In this document: in pieces, positions 20,964 to 33,221 of the stretch | How the letters are laid out: every line of letters starts with the position of its first letter | Numbering within the stretch: the stretch's first letter is position 1 | Source: Prasinococcaceae sp. CCMP 1430 | Lineage: Eukaryota > Plantae > Prasinodermophyta | Assembly (NCBI GenBank): GCA_013416795.1 | Contig: RQSC01000025.1 | Span: forward strand, 183,979 to 247,978 | Length of the DNA stretch: 64,000 nt | Direction: 5' to 3' | Notes under the pieces: model-generated | Databases searched by the model: none | The model's input: the letters and a program-made list of their open reading frames with translations, nothing else | Told to the model about the DNA's origin: nothing | Made by a program: the position numbers and the translations under genes

Positions 20964-23900
20964 GTGGTCTTGTCCGCGCCCCCCCTGGCGCGCCGAGCGC
21001 GGAAGCGGTCGGTTCCCCGCAGCGACCGCGGGCGCGGCAGGCCCGGCCGGTCCGCGGGTGCCGCCGCGGATGGCAGCGCGGCCGCGCCCGCCCCGCCCGT
21101 CGGGTCGTCCGCGGGAGGTGCGCCGACGGCGCTCGCGTGGCACCCGAGGCAGCGGCTGCTCGCGATTGGCTGGTCCGACGGCGCGGTCACGCTCTGGTCG
21201 CCCAAGGAGCCGAGCGCGCCGCGCGAGGACCGTACTGCGCACAGCGAGAGCGTCACGGCGCTCGCGTGGTCGCCGGACGGCGTGCGGCTGGTGAGCGGCG
21301 ACGCGCAGGGCGCCCTGTGCGTCTGGAAGGCCGACCCGCGTGGCAGACCCGTGGTCATCGTGCAGTACCAGACGGCGCAGGCGCTGGCCAAGGCGCAGGC
21401 GCTCGAGGGCGGGCCGCAGCCCTCGCCGGGCAAGGTCTCGCACATCGTCTTCAACACGAGCGAGGAAATGGCGCCCAGCAGCGAGGCCAAGGAGAAGGCG
21501 CTGCTGCCGGTCATGTCGGCGCCCTTCCACTACGTCATCTGCGCACCGCGGGCGGACGAGAGGAGCGTCGTGTCGACGGCCGATGACCAGGGCAACCTCA
21601 CGGCGGCATTCCAGGTGGAGGGCGAGGTGGCTAAGGCCCTCTTCTATCGCGAGCGCAACGGCCTCGTGCTCGTCACCAAAGAGGCGGTGCTCCACGTGAA
21701 CGTGCTCCACGGCGGCGCCTTCAAGCCCAAGCTCACGTCCAAGCTGAACATGTCGGCCGAGTCCACCGAGCTGTTCGTCACGTGGGCGGGACCGCACATG
21801 CTGGCGTCCGCCGGCAATGGCGACAGCCTGGTGCGCATGCTCGATCTGGCCGACGAGGACAACTTCGCGCTGCCGCTGCTCGAGGCGGACGGCCGCGCGT
21901 CCAACGACAGGGTCGCGTGCCTCGCCTTCAACGACGTGGGAGGCCACCTCGGCGCGGGCACGAACACAGGCAGGGTTGCGATGTGGACGAACTCGGCGTT
22001 CAGCGAGCGGAAGGCCGCCGTGGCGGAGAACGGCGAGTTCAAGGACAGCGAGGATCAGTGGTACCGCGGCGACCTGATCGAGCTGGCCAACGCGCAGGGG
22101 CAGCAGCGCGTGGAGAGGCTGCACTGGGCGCCCACCAACCGCGGCCGCGTGCTCGCGGCCGCCACCTCCTCCGGCATCACCGTGCTGCGGAAGGCGGTGC
22201 TGCAGCGCCGCGTGTCCCAGGGCCTCCAGCTGGTGCAGATCGCCGCGAACCACCTGCACGTGTCTTCGGCCGTCGACGAGACGGCCGCGGGCTTCATCAA
22301 GACGGACCTGCAGATCGTTGGCGTGGACGCGTCGCAGGACAAGGTGCTGCTGTGGTCCGGCCGCCACGCGCAGGTGTGGGAGTGGCACGGGCGCTCGGGC
22401 GAGATGGTCGCCTCCTTCGCGTGCCCGACGGCGGCGATGGGCATTCACATGGACAGCATCTACCGCGCGGCAGGCCACGGCGTGCAGATCTGCAACCTGC
22501 AGGGCACGGTCGAGTCGACCCTCACGTTCGAAGAGGCGCACGGCGCCGTGGAGCAACTCGAGACCAACGGCGAGTACCTCGCCGCGGTGACCGCTGGGGG
22601 CGTCCTCAAGATGTGGCGCCTCGGCGGGCGCGAGCCCCAGCCGCACGGACCGGTCACGGGGCGAATGATCGAGGTGGCGGGCGCCTCCGCCGGGGCTGCG
22701 AGCAGCGTGCGCGTCAATTGCAACGGCAGCTGCGTGAGCGTCATCGTGCAGTCGCTGGGGGAGGAGACGTCGCCCATGCTGCTCGTGTACGACGTCGAAA
22801 GCGACCTGTGGGTGCGGCACAGCTGCGCGCCGTACGACCCGGTCGGGCACGCCTGGGACCTGAGCGAGCCCAAGCTGGTGGCCGTCGAGTGCGCCGGCGG
22901 GCACGGCGAGGTGACGCACGACGCGGGCGAGGTGCGCACGCTCTTCCTGTCGCCCGGCGACGGCCTCTTCCTCCAGGAGCTCGTGCCGCTCAGCTCGGAG
23001 CTGACGGGGCTCGTCGGGCTGGCCGTGCCGCACGTCTCACTGTCGCGGCGGTTGGTCGGCGCCGTCGACGAGGCATACGTGGCCAAAAAGGTCATGCGCG
23101 ATTTCACGGGCATGGAGTACGTGGACGAGTCCACCGGCAAGGCGCTGCTCGACTTCAGCTACAACATGGCGCTCGGCAACATGGACGAGGCGTTCAAGAG
23201 CGTGCGGCTGATAAGAAACCCGACGGTGTGGGAGAACATGGCCAAGATGTGCGTGAAGACCAAGCGCATCGACGTCGTGGAGCACTGCCTGGCCAACATG
23301 GGGCACGTCAGGGGGGCACGAGCGATACGCGCCGCCGGCGAGTACCCCGAAGTGGAGGCGCGCATGGGGCTCGTGGCGATCCAGCTGGGCATGTTCGACG
23401 ACGCGGAGCAGCTCTTCACCGAGTGCGAGCGCTACGATCTGCTCAACGACATGTACCAGGCGCAGGGCAAGTGGGGCGCCGCCATCCACATCGCCACGGA
23501 GAAGGACCGCATCCACCTCCGCAACACGCACTTCAAGCACGGGCGGCACCTGGAGAGCGTCGGCGACGTCGCGGGGGCGATCAAGGCCTACGAGGAGAGC
23601 GGAACGCACCGCGCCGAGGTGCCCCGCATGCTCCACGGGCTGGGCCGCACCGCCGAGCTGGAGCAGTACGTGAGGGAGGGCGGCGACAAGGGGCTGTCAA
23701 AGTGGTGGGCGCGCTTCTGCGAGTCCACCGGCGCGTACGACAAGGCGATGGAGTGCTACGAGGCGGCCTCGGACGCGCTCAGCCTCGTGCGGATGTACTG
23801 CGCGCAGGGCGACTTCGCCAAGGCGGCCGAGCTGGTCAGCAGCACGGACAACAGCGCCGCCGCCTTCCACCTCGCGCGGCAGTACGAGGCGCGCGTCGGC

Positions 23901-25500
23901 GAGTACCGGGGCACCGCCGAGGCTGGCCGCATGGCGCAGGACGCGATCAAGTGCTACGCGTCCGCCGGCCGCCACGGCCAGGCGCTGCGCATGGCCATGC
24001 GCTTCGAGCTCGACAGCGAGGTCATGGCGATGGCCATGCAGGCGCCCCCGGCACAGGTCGGCGAGGCGGCGGCGTACTTCGACGCGCGCGAGATGTACGA
24101 CAAGAGCGTGCTGGTCCACCAGCGCTGCGGCAACCTGTCCAGGGCGCTGGACCTGTGCTTTCGCGGCCAGCTCTTCGACAGCCTTCGCCTCATCGTCGAC
24201 AACCTCGCGACGGGCGCCGACGCCGCGGGGGGCGGGGCGGCGAGCGCCGACGCCGAGCTGCTGGCTCGCTGCGGCGACTTCTTCATGCAGCATCGTCAGT
24301 ACGACAAGGCGATGCACATGTTCGTGATCAGCGGGCGCTACCAGCAGGCGCTCGACCTGTGCGTGCAGCACAACATCGCGCTCACCGAGGAGCTCGCCGA
24401 CAAGGTCACGCCTCCAAAGTCGGAGGGCGAGGACCCCGGCGCGGCCGAGCGGCGGCGGGAGGTGCTCCTGGAGGTGGCCAACATCTGCGCGGAGCAGGGC
24501 TCGTACCACCTGGCGTCCAAGAAGTTCGTGCAGGCCGGGGACAAGCTCACCGCGATGAAGGTGCTGATGCGCAGCGGCGACACCGAGAAGATCTGCTTCT
24601 TCGCGGGGGTGTCGCGGCAGCGCGAGATCTACTTGCTGGCGGGCAACTACCTGCAGAGCCTGGACTGGCACAGCAACCCGGACATAATGAAGAACATCAT
24701 CCAGTTCTACGTCAAGGCCAAGGCCATGGACTCGCTGTCGGCCTTCTACGAGTCGTGCGCGCAGATCGAGATCGACGAGTACAGGGACTACAAGAAGGCG
24801 CTGGGGGCGCTCGGCGAGGCGGTCAAGTACACCAACAAGATTCGCGGGCCCGACAGGGAGGAGCGGCTGGCCCAGCTGGCGCACAAGCAGCGGCTCATGG
24901 AGGCCTTCGTGGAGGCGCAGGCGAGCCCCGCCGCCGCGATCGGCATCTGCGAGAACATCCTCGAGCACCTGCCGGCGCACGTGCCCGACCACGAGCAGCC
25001 GCTCCGCGCGGGCGACGTGTACAACCTGATGGTGGAGTCGCACGTCGGGCACGGCGACACCGCGGCGGCGGCGCAGACGATCGAGCGCATGCGCGAGCGC
25101 ATCGGCGCCATCGAGCCCTACATCGACCGCGTGCTCCTCGAGCAGGTGCTCGGGCATTCCGCGCCCGACTCGCCCGTCGGGGGCCACGACGAGCCCTTCG
25201 TCGAGGTGCGCGACGCCGCGAGCAGCGCTGGTAGCGCGCATTGCGCAGCGACGCCGCCCCTTCCGGCCCGCGCCGCGCGCCTCCTCCTCACCCCTCCGCG
25301 CGCCGGCCCCCTCACCTCCTCCCCGACCCCACCCACATCCACACGCTCCCACCCACCACCATCCGCGCGCGCCCGGTGGCCGCCCGAGTGCTGACACGGC
25401 CCTTTCCCCCTCTCCTTGTTGTCCCGCCCTCGCCCCCCATGCCCCGCCCGCCCGCGCGCGGCAAAAGGAGGAGGTGGAGGAGGTGGACGAGGCCATGTAG
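20964..25500 (+). CDS. IFT140: Intraflagellar transport protein 140 (IFT-A); last exon 25468..25500 after intron 25206..25467; true start uncertain
   Basis: LAWHPRQRLLAIGW WD40 start, LLDFSY...GNMDEAFKSV, VWENMAKMCVKTKRIDV, YQAQGKW..A, NYLQSLDW, AQIEIDEYRDY.KA, acidic tail EEVEEVDEAM. Confidence 0.95.
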
Positions 25501-26712
25501 GCAGCCTCTCGCCCGCCCGCGCCCGCCCGGCGCCCGCCGCGAGAGCGAGAGCGCGACCGGCGCCGACCGTGCCCCCCTCCTGCTCCTCCCTGTACACGTA
25601 CGATTCCCCCCTCCGAACGCTGGCGCGTCGCACCTGCGCCCCCCGGCGCGCCGTGCAACCACAGGCGCGAACGCCCTGTCTGCGCGCCGCCGCGCGCTCG
25701 CGTCCCCCGCGCCCGCGGCGGCCCGGGAGCGTTCGATGAGTGTCGGAGTTGGCGCGCGCTCCGGCGGGCATCGTTCGTGGGACGGCTGGCTGGCTGTGGC
25801 AGGCTCCCCATGCCGCGGTCGGTCGGTCGGTGGGGTGGGCCTGCCAGCCAGTCAGCCGGTCGGTCTGTCGGTCGGTCGGTCTGTCGCAGCCGGTCGGGGG
25901 ACGCGCTCGGCCGGATCCGTTCCTCCTCGCAGGGAGGGGGCTTTGTTGGCGCCAGCCATTCGGCCAGGCCGGCATCGCAGGATGGAGCCGGCCAGCATCC
26001 ACCGATCCAGCGTCTGTCGTCAGAATGGGTGGGTAACTAGTCTAGTCAGCAGTCAGGGGCCGATGATCCACCAGCCAGCCAGCCAGTTGTCGAAAATCCA
26101 TCTTCACGTCCCACGCGCGTGCATTGTGATGGCGGCGCCCGCCGGCGGATCCGCGGCCGCCGCGCTCTGCTGTGATATGGCGCGATCGCATGCTTCCCCC
26201 GCGCGCCGTGCCTGCCTGCACGGACATACATGAGGCGAGTCGAGAGACGAGGGCAGGCGAGTCGAGAGTCCAGGCGAGGCGGGGCGGGGCCGCCGCCGCC
26301 GCCGCCGTCCTCGTCAGCGCTCTATCCTTGGCGGCCCGCGGTCCCAGGAGGCTCCCCGCGTCCCCACTCGCTTCCATCCTCCCCTTTCTTCCGCCCTCGG
26401 CCGCGCACCCCAAATCGGCGTCCGCCTCGCGGCCAACCAACGCCAATCCTGACCGCGCGGATCCTTCGCCCGGCCGGCGCGCGCGCTCGCCACGCGCGCC
26501 GGGGGCGCCGCGNNNNNNNNNNNNNNNNNNNNNNNNNNNNNNNNNNNNNNNNNNNNNNNNNNNNNNNNNNNNNNNNNNNNNNNNNNNNNNNNNNNNNNNN
26601 NNNNNNNNNNNNNNNNNNNGCGCGCAGCAGCGGCAGCGGCGGCGGGATCGCACGCCTCGGGGCGCCCTCTCGAGCAGAGAGGAGGAGGGGGAGCGGGCGA
26701 GCGGCGGACGCC

Positions 26713-27045
26713 ATGTCGGTCGCCGTCGCCGTGCCGCCGCCGCTGGCCGCGGCCGCCGACGCATGCCGCGGGCGCGCGCTGCTGGTCGAGGACGACCACG
26801 TCACGCGCAAGATCGTCGCGCGCATGCTGCGCCGCTGCAGCTTCGACGTGCGCGAGGTGAGCAACGGCAAGGAGGCCTACGACGCGCTGCGCAAGGCCGA
26901 CGAGGAGGACGCGCAGTACGACCTCGTGCTCTCCGACCACAACATGCCCGAGATGACGGGGCTCGAGCTCCTGGCCAAGTTCGACGAGATGTACCGCCAC
27001 TCGTCGCCGGCGGGGGAGGGCGCGCCGCGCCCCGCGGGCGCCATG
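26713..27045 (+). CDS. Response-regulator receiver domain protein, C-terminally truncated
   Basis: [17 protein letters not shown] and [19 protein letters not shown] (phospho-acceptor Asp intact). The second half of the receiver fold is not found. Confidence 0.75.
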
Positions 27046-27354
27046 TACACTACTGATGATATTATGCCAATATCCTTGCTTGCTTGCTCTCTCGCGCGCG
27101 TGCGCGCGTCAGCGCGCTTGCGGTGTTGCACCCTGCCGTTGGTCGCAAACAATGAATTAATTAGTCTAGGGGAGTGCGTGTAGAGCCACTCGGCGGAGTG
27201 CGGCCGAGGGCTGGACTGTACTTCGAAGTACAGAGAGCTCAGTGGGGGTTCTCCCGCAGGGGCGTAAAGGGCCAGAGCGAAACCATGCCGGTCGGTCCAT
27301 GCGGCACGCGCGCGCGGTGCGGCGACTTAGTTTCGCGCACCGCCCTGATGCGTG

Positions 27355-27917
27355 TCATGGAAACATGTACGAGCCGCTACTCATGGCCTCGCTCGGTGTC
27401 TCGGGCGACGGCACCTCGTCGAGGTCACCTAGCTGCTTGACGTAGACCTGCGAGTTCCGCACCAGGTTGATGCTCTCACGCCTTGCAGGGGGCAAGTCAT
27501 CAACGTTTGACAGCCGAAAGCCCTTGCCCACGAACCAGTCTGCCGTGCGCGTGGTCAAGACATAGAGCGTGGATATGCCTCGGTGCCTCGCCTCGGCCTC
27601 CAGCCGCGCCAGCATGCGATCGCCCACGCCCCTGCCCTGGTAGGACGGCCTCACAGTGAATGCCGCCACCTCCCCCGTCCCCTCCGCCCCGCTGTAGTCG
27701 TACTCGAGCAGTGCCGCACATGCGATCACCAGCCCCTCGCGCTCCACCACACGCCAGCTTGGCAGCATGCTGCGCATGTCCTCCTGCGAGCGCTTCACGA
27801 GCACGCCGTCCGCCTCCAGCGGGGCGAGCAGCTCGGCGATGCTCTTGAGGTCTGACTCGGTGGCCTTGCGCATCTTCTGGTAGGCGTCGGAGCTGACCAT
27901 CATCCCCACCCCATCGC
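27355..27917 (-). CDS. NAGS: N-acetylglutamate synthase, C-terminal GNAT domain; 5' part lost at N 27918
   Basis: GVGMMVSSD.Y..MRKAT..D, LEADGVLVKRS, IACAAL, GEVAAF.V.P.YQGRG.GD, LYVLTTRTADWF, NSQVYVKQL. Confidence 0.9.
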
Positions 27918-27918
27918 N

Positions 27919-28688
27919 CCGCGTCGGCCTCGGCCGCTGAAGGCGACGCGGCCGGCGGCGGGGCGCCGCAGCGCGGCGTGTCGTGGACGGAGGGGCGCGT
28001 TGGGCTGTACTATACCAAGCGAAAGGACCACAAGACCGACGAGCTCGGCAACATCCCCGAGGAGAGCTACGAAGACGTGGTGGAACCCGTGGGTTGGGAC
28101 GCGTCCGCCAAGCGGCGCCTCGCATGCCAGGCCGTCGGCGCTGAGCTCGGCCTCGAGGAGTCGCAAGTCTCGTCCCGCATCGACTCGCTGCTCGCGCTCG
28201 TGCCCAGCCTGGAGTCCGCTCTGGACGTGATGAAAGTGGCAGACCTCGCTCGCCTCGCCGTGGCCTCCAACGACGTCGCGGCGCGCCTCGTGGCGCTCAA
28301 GACGACCTTCCCCACAGCTGACGTCCAGACGATGGTCGGGCACGCGCCGCAGCTGTTGCTAGTGGACGCGGGCGAACTCGCGGCTGCGGCAGAGCGCTTG
28401 CAGGCGCTCCTCCCCGGGCTCGACGTGGGCGCGGCTGCGAGTGTGCAGCCCATGCTGCTGCGCCTGCGCGCGCCGGACAAGTTCGTGGAGGACGCCAAGA
28501 GGCTCTTGCCTGGCAAGGATGTCGCAAAGATGCTTCAGAAGGACCCGAATCTGGTGCTGCGACTCCAAACTGGCGAGGACCTCATCCCCTATGACAATGG
28601 GACCGCCGCGCAGATTGCCGCCTCGCTGGCGCTGCGCGCGCGCGGCGAGAGCGGCAGCGATGGCGTGGGCTCCGAGGCGGGCTGGTAG
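27919..28688 (+). CDS. Uncharacterised helical-repeat protein; 5' end lost at N
   Basis: Three repeats of the form (F/L)P..DV..M/A....P.LL/ML/LV. Coding-like composition, stop at 28688. Confidence 0.55.
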
Positions 28689-28898
28689 AAGCGGGCCAAT
28701 CGCGTGAGGTTAATATTATTAGTGCGAGAGCGGGCGCCGTTGCTCCCTCGCTCCCTCCCTCCCTCCCTCCCTCGCTCTGTCGCTCTTGCCACTGCAGGAA
28801 CGCACGCGCGCACACTTTGGCGCGCGCCTGCGTACGTCGAGGCCGTGCGCCGAACGGCACGCCCGCCAGGGCGCGCGCGCACCGGCTCGCAGGCGCCC

Positions 28899-30375
28899 TC
28901 ACTCAACGATCACCACCTCAGGCTCGGGCTCCGGCGATGGCTCCTTCAGCGGGAAGGTCCTGCGCGAGGTCTCCTCCAGAAGCTGATTGTAGTCAGGCGA
29001 GCGAAGTAGCGCGGTGGCGCGCGCGAGCGCGTTTGCGGCAATCCCGCGCAGGCGGGGAGGCACCGCAATGAATGCCGTGCCGTCCTCGACGAACTCCTGT
29101 GCGTGCGCGAGCGTCGGTGCCAATGCGAGTGTGGGTATTTTGGGGACGGTCCGGGCGGGAGCGCTGTCAGCATGTGAGAAGCGTCTGAGCCACGCTCCTC
29201 TTCCTGAGCGTGTCCGGCGCGTCCTAAACCTCCCTGCATGCATGCGCACGCGCACCTTGTTGGTGTCCACCTTCGAGTGCCCGGGTTTGGCGTCGTCCGC
29301 CTTGCGCTTGCGCGGCGACGGATCGGCCCTCACCGCTTCCTCCCTGTCCTCCTCCTCCTTTGCCTCCAACTCTGGCGTCTTTTTCGCGACAATGATGTCG
29401 TCGTACGCGAGCGTCTCGACGATCTCGCGCACCTCGAAGGGCTTGAGGGGAACCTGCGACACTTCGCGGTCCTCAAGCTGCTCCGCGATATCTGAAATGG
29501 TCACACCTGCCGACCCGCTGTGCTCCACGAGCTTGCAGGTGGCGTCGCGCAGCATGGTGACAAAGGTGAGGTCGAACTCGTGGTCTGTCCACCACGCGCC
29601 ACCCGTGATGTCTCGGCTGGGCTCGAGCTCGAACAGCATGTACACCTTGCGGTTCTTGCTCTGCACGGACTTGACGGCCTTGATCACCTGGCGGCCCTCG
29701 AGCGACTTGAGGATCTTGGACACCTGCGGCTGCTGGAGGTTGCAGCGCGCCTTGAGGTCCCGGATCCATATCCCCTGGTTGCCGTGTTCCTTGATGATCT
29801 GGAGGACGAGCAGCTCCTCACTGCCAAGACCCTGCTTCTTGCGATCTTCTTCGTTCGCTTCTTTGTAGTACAAACTTGAGTCCTTCTTGAAGACCTGGAT
29901 CTTGTGGCTCGCGAGCAGCCGGTTGATCGCGTCGACACACTCCGCCTGGGTCGTGCACACACCCGCTGCGCGCGCGCGGGCAAGGGAGGGGCGGAGTAGA
30001 CCCACAAGCGCGCCTGTCAGAGTGGCGGCGGAGCGGCGCAGCGTGGCGGGGAGGGCAGGGGACGAGGTCTCCGCCCGCTCAGCCATCACCGTCACCACTC
30101 TAGCGCATGCAGTGCTGCGCTCGCACACCCACCTGTGGCCTTGGATAGGTCGGCGTTCGGCAGGCCGTCGGCGCGTTCGCGGATTGCTTTCAGGATGGCG
30201 TGGTCAGCGGCCTCCTCGGCCTTGCGCTGCCTCTTCGCGGATGCCTTCGGTTTCTCATCTGGTACCTCAAACTTCACCCTCTGCTCGCGCGTCGCATCGC
30301 GGCGCGGCGCAAGGCAAGTCAGCGCGCGCACGACAGCGCGAGAAAGCGGGCGACACACGGTTGCACGCGTGGCAT
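28899..30375 (-). CDS. RPC34: RNA polymerase III subunit RPC6/C34, multi-exon; start tentative
   Basis: EELLVLQIIKEHGNQGIWIRDLK, KILKSLEGRQVIKAVKSV..KNRKVYMLFELEPS.DITGGAWW.D.EFD. Confidence 0.9.
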
Positions 30376-30518
30376 GCCCTGCTCAGCCGGTGTGGCTGGG
30401 TGCGGGGCGCAACAGCCTCGCCTCACCGTCGCCCTCGCACCCCCGGGCCCGCGCTCTCCACGCCGGTCCTCGCCGCTCAAAACCTCCCCGCCGCGCAGCG
30501 CCGCTCGCTTGGCCCGCC

Positions 30519-32400
30519 TCAGCGGCGCGTCACCTTCACGTTGAGCCCCTCCGAGGTGTGGATGGTGGCGCCAGAGGTCATTCCGATGGTCTGTCCGGGC
30601 ACCAGCTCGATGTTGAAGCGCTTGAGCACGGTGGCGGCCACGACGGTGGCCTCCATGAGCGCGAACTGATCGCCCGGGCACTTGCGCGGGCCCGCCGAGA
30701 AGGGGATGTACCTGTAGTTGGTGTTGGCCTCGTTGGGCGGCGGCTGGTCGAGCGGGCCAAAGCGCATGGGCTTGAACTCGTTGGCGTCCTCGCCCCACAC
30801 GTCCGGCGAGCGGTGCATGTTGTAGATGGAGAGAAGCATGTCCTGCTGCGCGGGGATGGTGAACTTCTCGCCCGAGCTGGTGGGGATCTCCTGCTGCACC
30901 ACCGCGCGGCGCGTGTACACGGGCGGCTGGGGGTACAACCGCATCGTCTCGTCGATGCAGCGGCGCGTGTAGCGCAGCTTGGGAATGTCCGCGTACGTGG
31001 GCGTTCCTCGGTCGCCCAGCACCTCGTCGAGCTCCGCCTGCAGCTCCTTCATGCACTCGGGGTTCTCCATGAGCATGTACGACATCCAGGTGAGGACCGC
31101 GCCGGTGGTCTCGTGCCCAGCGATCAGAATGCTCACCAGGTCGTCGCGCAACTGCCTGGCGCTGGTCTCCTCCCGGCTGGCGAGCAGGAAGCGCAGCAGC
31201 GAGGGGTCGTTCTCGTTGACGTAAAGCGGGTCGTCGAGGTCGTCCTCGCCGCGCTTCTCGGCCTCCAGGATGGCCTTGCTCTTGGCGACAAGCTCCTCGA
31301 CGGTCTCGCGGATGAGCGTGATGGACTTCCACGCCACGCGCTGGCGCTCAGAGACGGCCCGCGCGATGACTCCAGGCAGCTTGTAGATGGGCACCAGGTC
31401 CATCGCGCGGGTCTCGCCCTCCTCTGCGAGCGGGCAAGGCGGCGGAGTGGGGTGCGCGGATTTGGAGTTAGCAGCAGTACCGGGCGGGGAGCAGAGCCGC
31501 GACGCGCGACGCGCGACGCGCGACGCGCGATGGCCCCGTACGGCCAGGAGCGAAGGATTGAGCGGCGGGCTGAGGCGCCGCGCGAGCGCTGCGCGGCCAC
31601 TCACTGAGCGCGGTGTAGACGGCCTGCACCAGAGGGTTGTCCGTGGTGAGCGCGTTGAAGTCGTAGCCGAACGCCGCCTTGCCGATGATGTCCAGGGTGA
31701 CCTGGCTGAGCTGATCCTCCAAGTTAATGGGCGTGTCGGTCTCGGCGGCCGCGTCGAGCTTGTTGGCGAGCACCTCGGCGCACGGCGCCATGCTGTGCGT
31801 GACCATCGCCTCGATGTACCTGCGGTGGATGCCGGGCGCGACTGCCTTGCGGCGCACCTTCCACTCCTCGCCCTCGAGCAGCGCGAAGCCGTCGCCGAAG
31901 GGGCCGTTCTCGCCTCCGCCCACCTCGGCGATGGTGCCCTTGTTGTTGAGCCGGCCGTAGCCCTGCAGCACGTAGCGCAGCGCCTCCGGGTCGCTCACCA
32001 CGACGAAGCTGGTGGCGGGCCCCGTCGGGAGCAGGTACACGGGGCCGGACTCGATCATCCACTTGTACAGCGGGATGAAGAGGCCGCCGCCCAGCAGCGT
32101 CTTGATGTCGTCCACCTTGGCGTCCGCCAGCGGGAGGTCCGACTTGCCACCCCAGTTGCGCTGCAGCTGCGTGAGCCAGTCGGGAGAGGCGAACACCTCG
32201 CCGGCGCCCGCCTTGTTGGATACGCCGGCGCCGGCGCCGGCGGCGACCTCGAGGTTGGTGAAGTCCAGGCTGTCGAGGTCCTCGTCGAGCGGAACATCCT
32301 CCACCTGCGGGGGCTCGGCGGCCGCGCGCGCGCTCACGCGCCTCGCCACCGCGCCGCGCTGCCGCCGCCGCTTCCACGCGCCGTACACCGGCTGCGGCCA
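30519..32400 (-). CDS. CYP97C: Cytochrome P450 CYP97C (carotenoid epsilon-ring hydroxylase, LUT1-like); intron about 31409-31607; start uncertain
   Basis: SPDWLTQL..WGGKS, LLGGGLFIPLYKWM.ESGPVYLLPTGP, LRDDL.S.LIAGHETT, ETMRLYPQPP, heme motif FSAGPRKCPGDQFA, GATIHT. Confidence 0.9.
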
Positions 32401-33221
32401 TGGCGCCCGCTCGCGCGCCGCCGGCGCGCCGCGTCGGTCCAACCCCCCTCTCCTGGGCCCTTCCTGCGCACGTCCGCCTCGCACGCACACGCGCAGCCCA
32501 CGCGCAGGCTCGCCCTTTGGCCCGCTGTGGCACACCGCTGTGGCACACCGCGCGCCTGCGGCCCGTGGGTGCCCCCCCCTCCCGCGCAGCACCCCCACGC
32601 ACGCCCCACCCACCCACCCACCCACCCACCCACCCTTCCATCGCCGTCGCCCGCCCGCCCGCGCGCTCCCGCGCGTTCTGGATAGGATAGGGGTGCCTGA
32701 GCGCGCCGCCGCGCTTTTTGCGGCGCGCCCATCGCATCGCACTGTTCGCGCCGAGGTGGTTTGCCGGCCGAGCGATCGAGCGGCGGATGCCCCACCCACC
32801 CGCGGACAGGGGCAGGGGGCAGATCCGCGCCCCGCACGCCCGCGCGGCCGCCGCGCTGTGTTTGGCTGGGGTTTTGGGTTTGGGCGTCGCCGGTTCGGTC
32901 GGATTCGGATTCGGATTCGGTGCCTGACGGCGGTCGCGTCGCGCCGCGGCCGCGCCGCGCCTCGCGCGCCGTCCTTGGGTTCCGCGGCGGGGCCCANNNN
33001 NNNNNNNNNNNNNNNNNNNNNNNNNNNNNNNNNNNNNNNNNNNNNNNNNNNNNNNNNNNNNNNNNNNNNNNNNNNNNNNNNNNNNNNNNNNNNNNNNNNN
33101 NNNNNNNNNNNNNNNNNNNNNNNNNNNCGCTCCAGCAGCGGCCGCGGCCGCCGCGGCCGCCGCTGCGGGCCATGCGGACCCGCGCGTCGCGGGAGGCGTC
33201 CCGGCGACGCTGCAGGCGCTG

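Noticed and set aside
17797-25811. Long antisense and alternate-frame ORFs over SIR and IFT140 (e.g. 17797-19983, 20751-23033, 21782-25234, 23697-25811)
   Set aside because: These are shadow frames caused by extreme GC3 bias and scarce stop codons. They are Arg/Ala/Gly-rich with no motifs.
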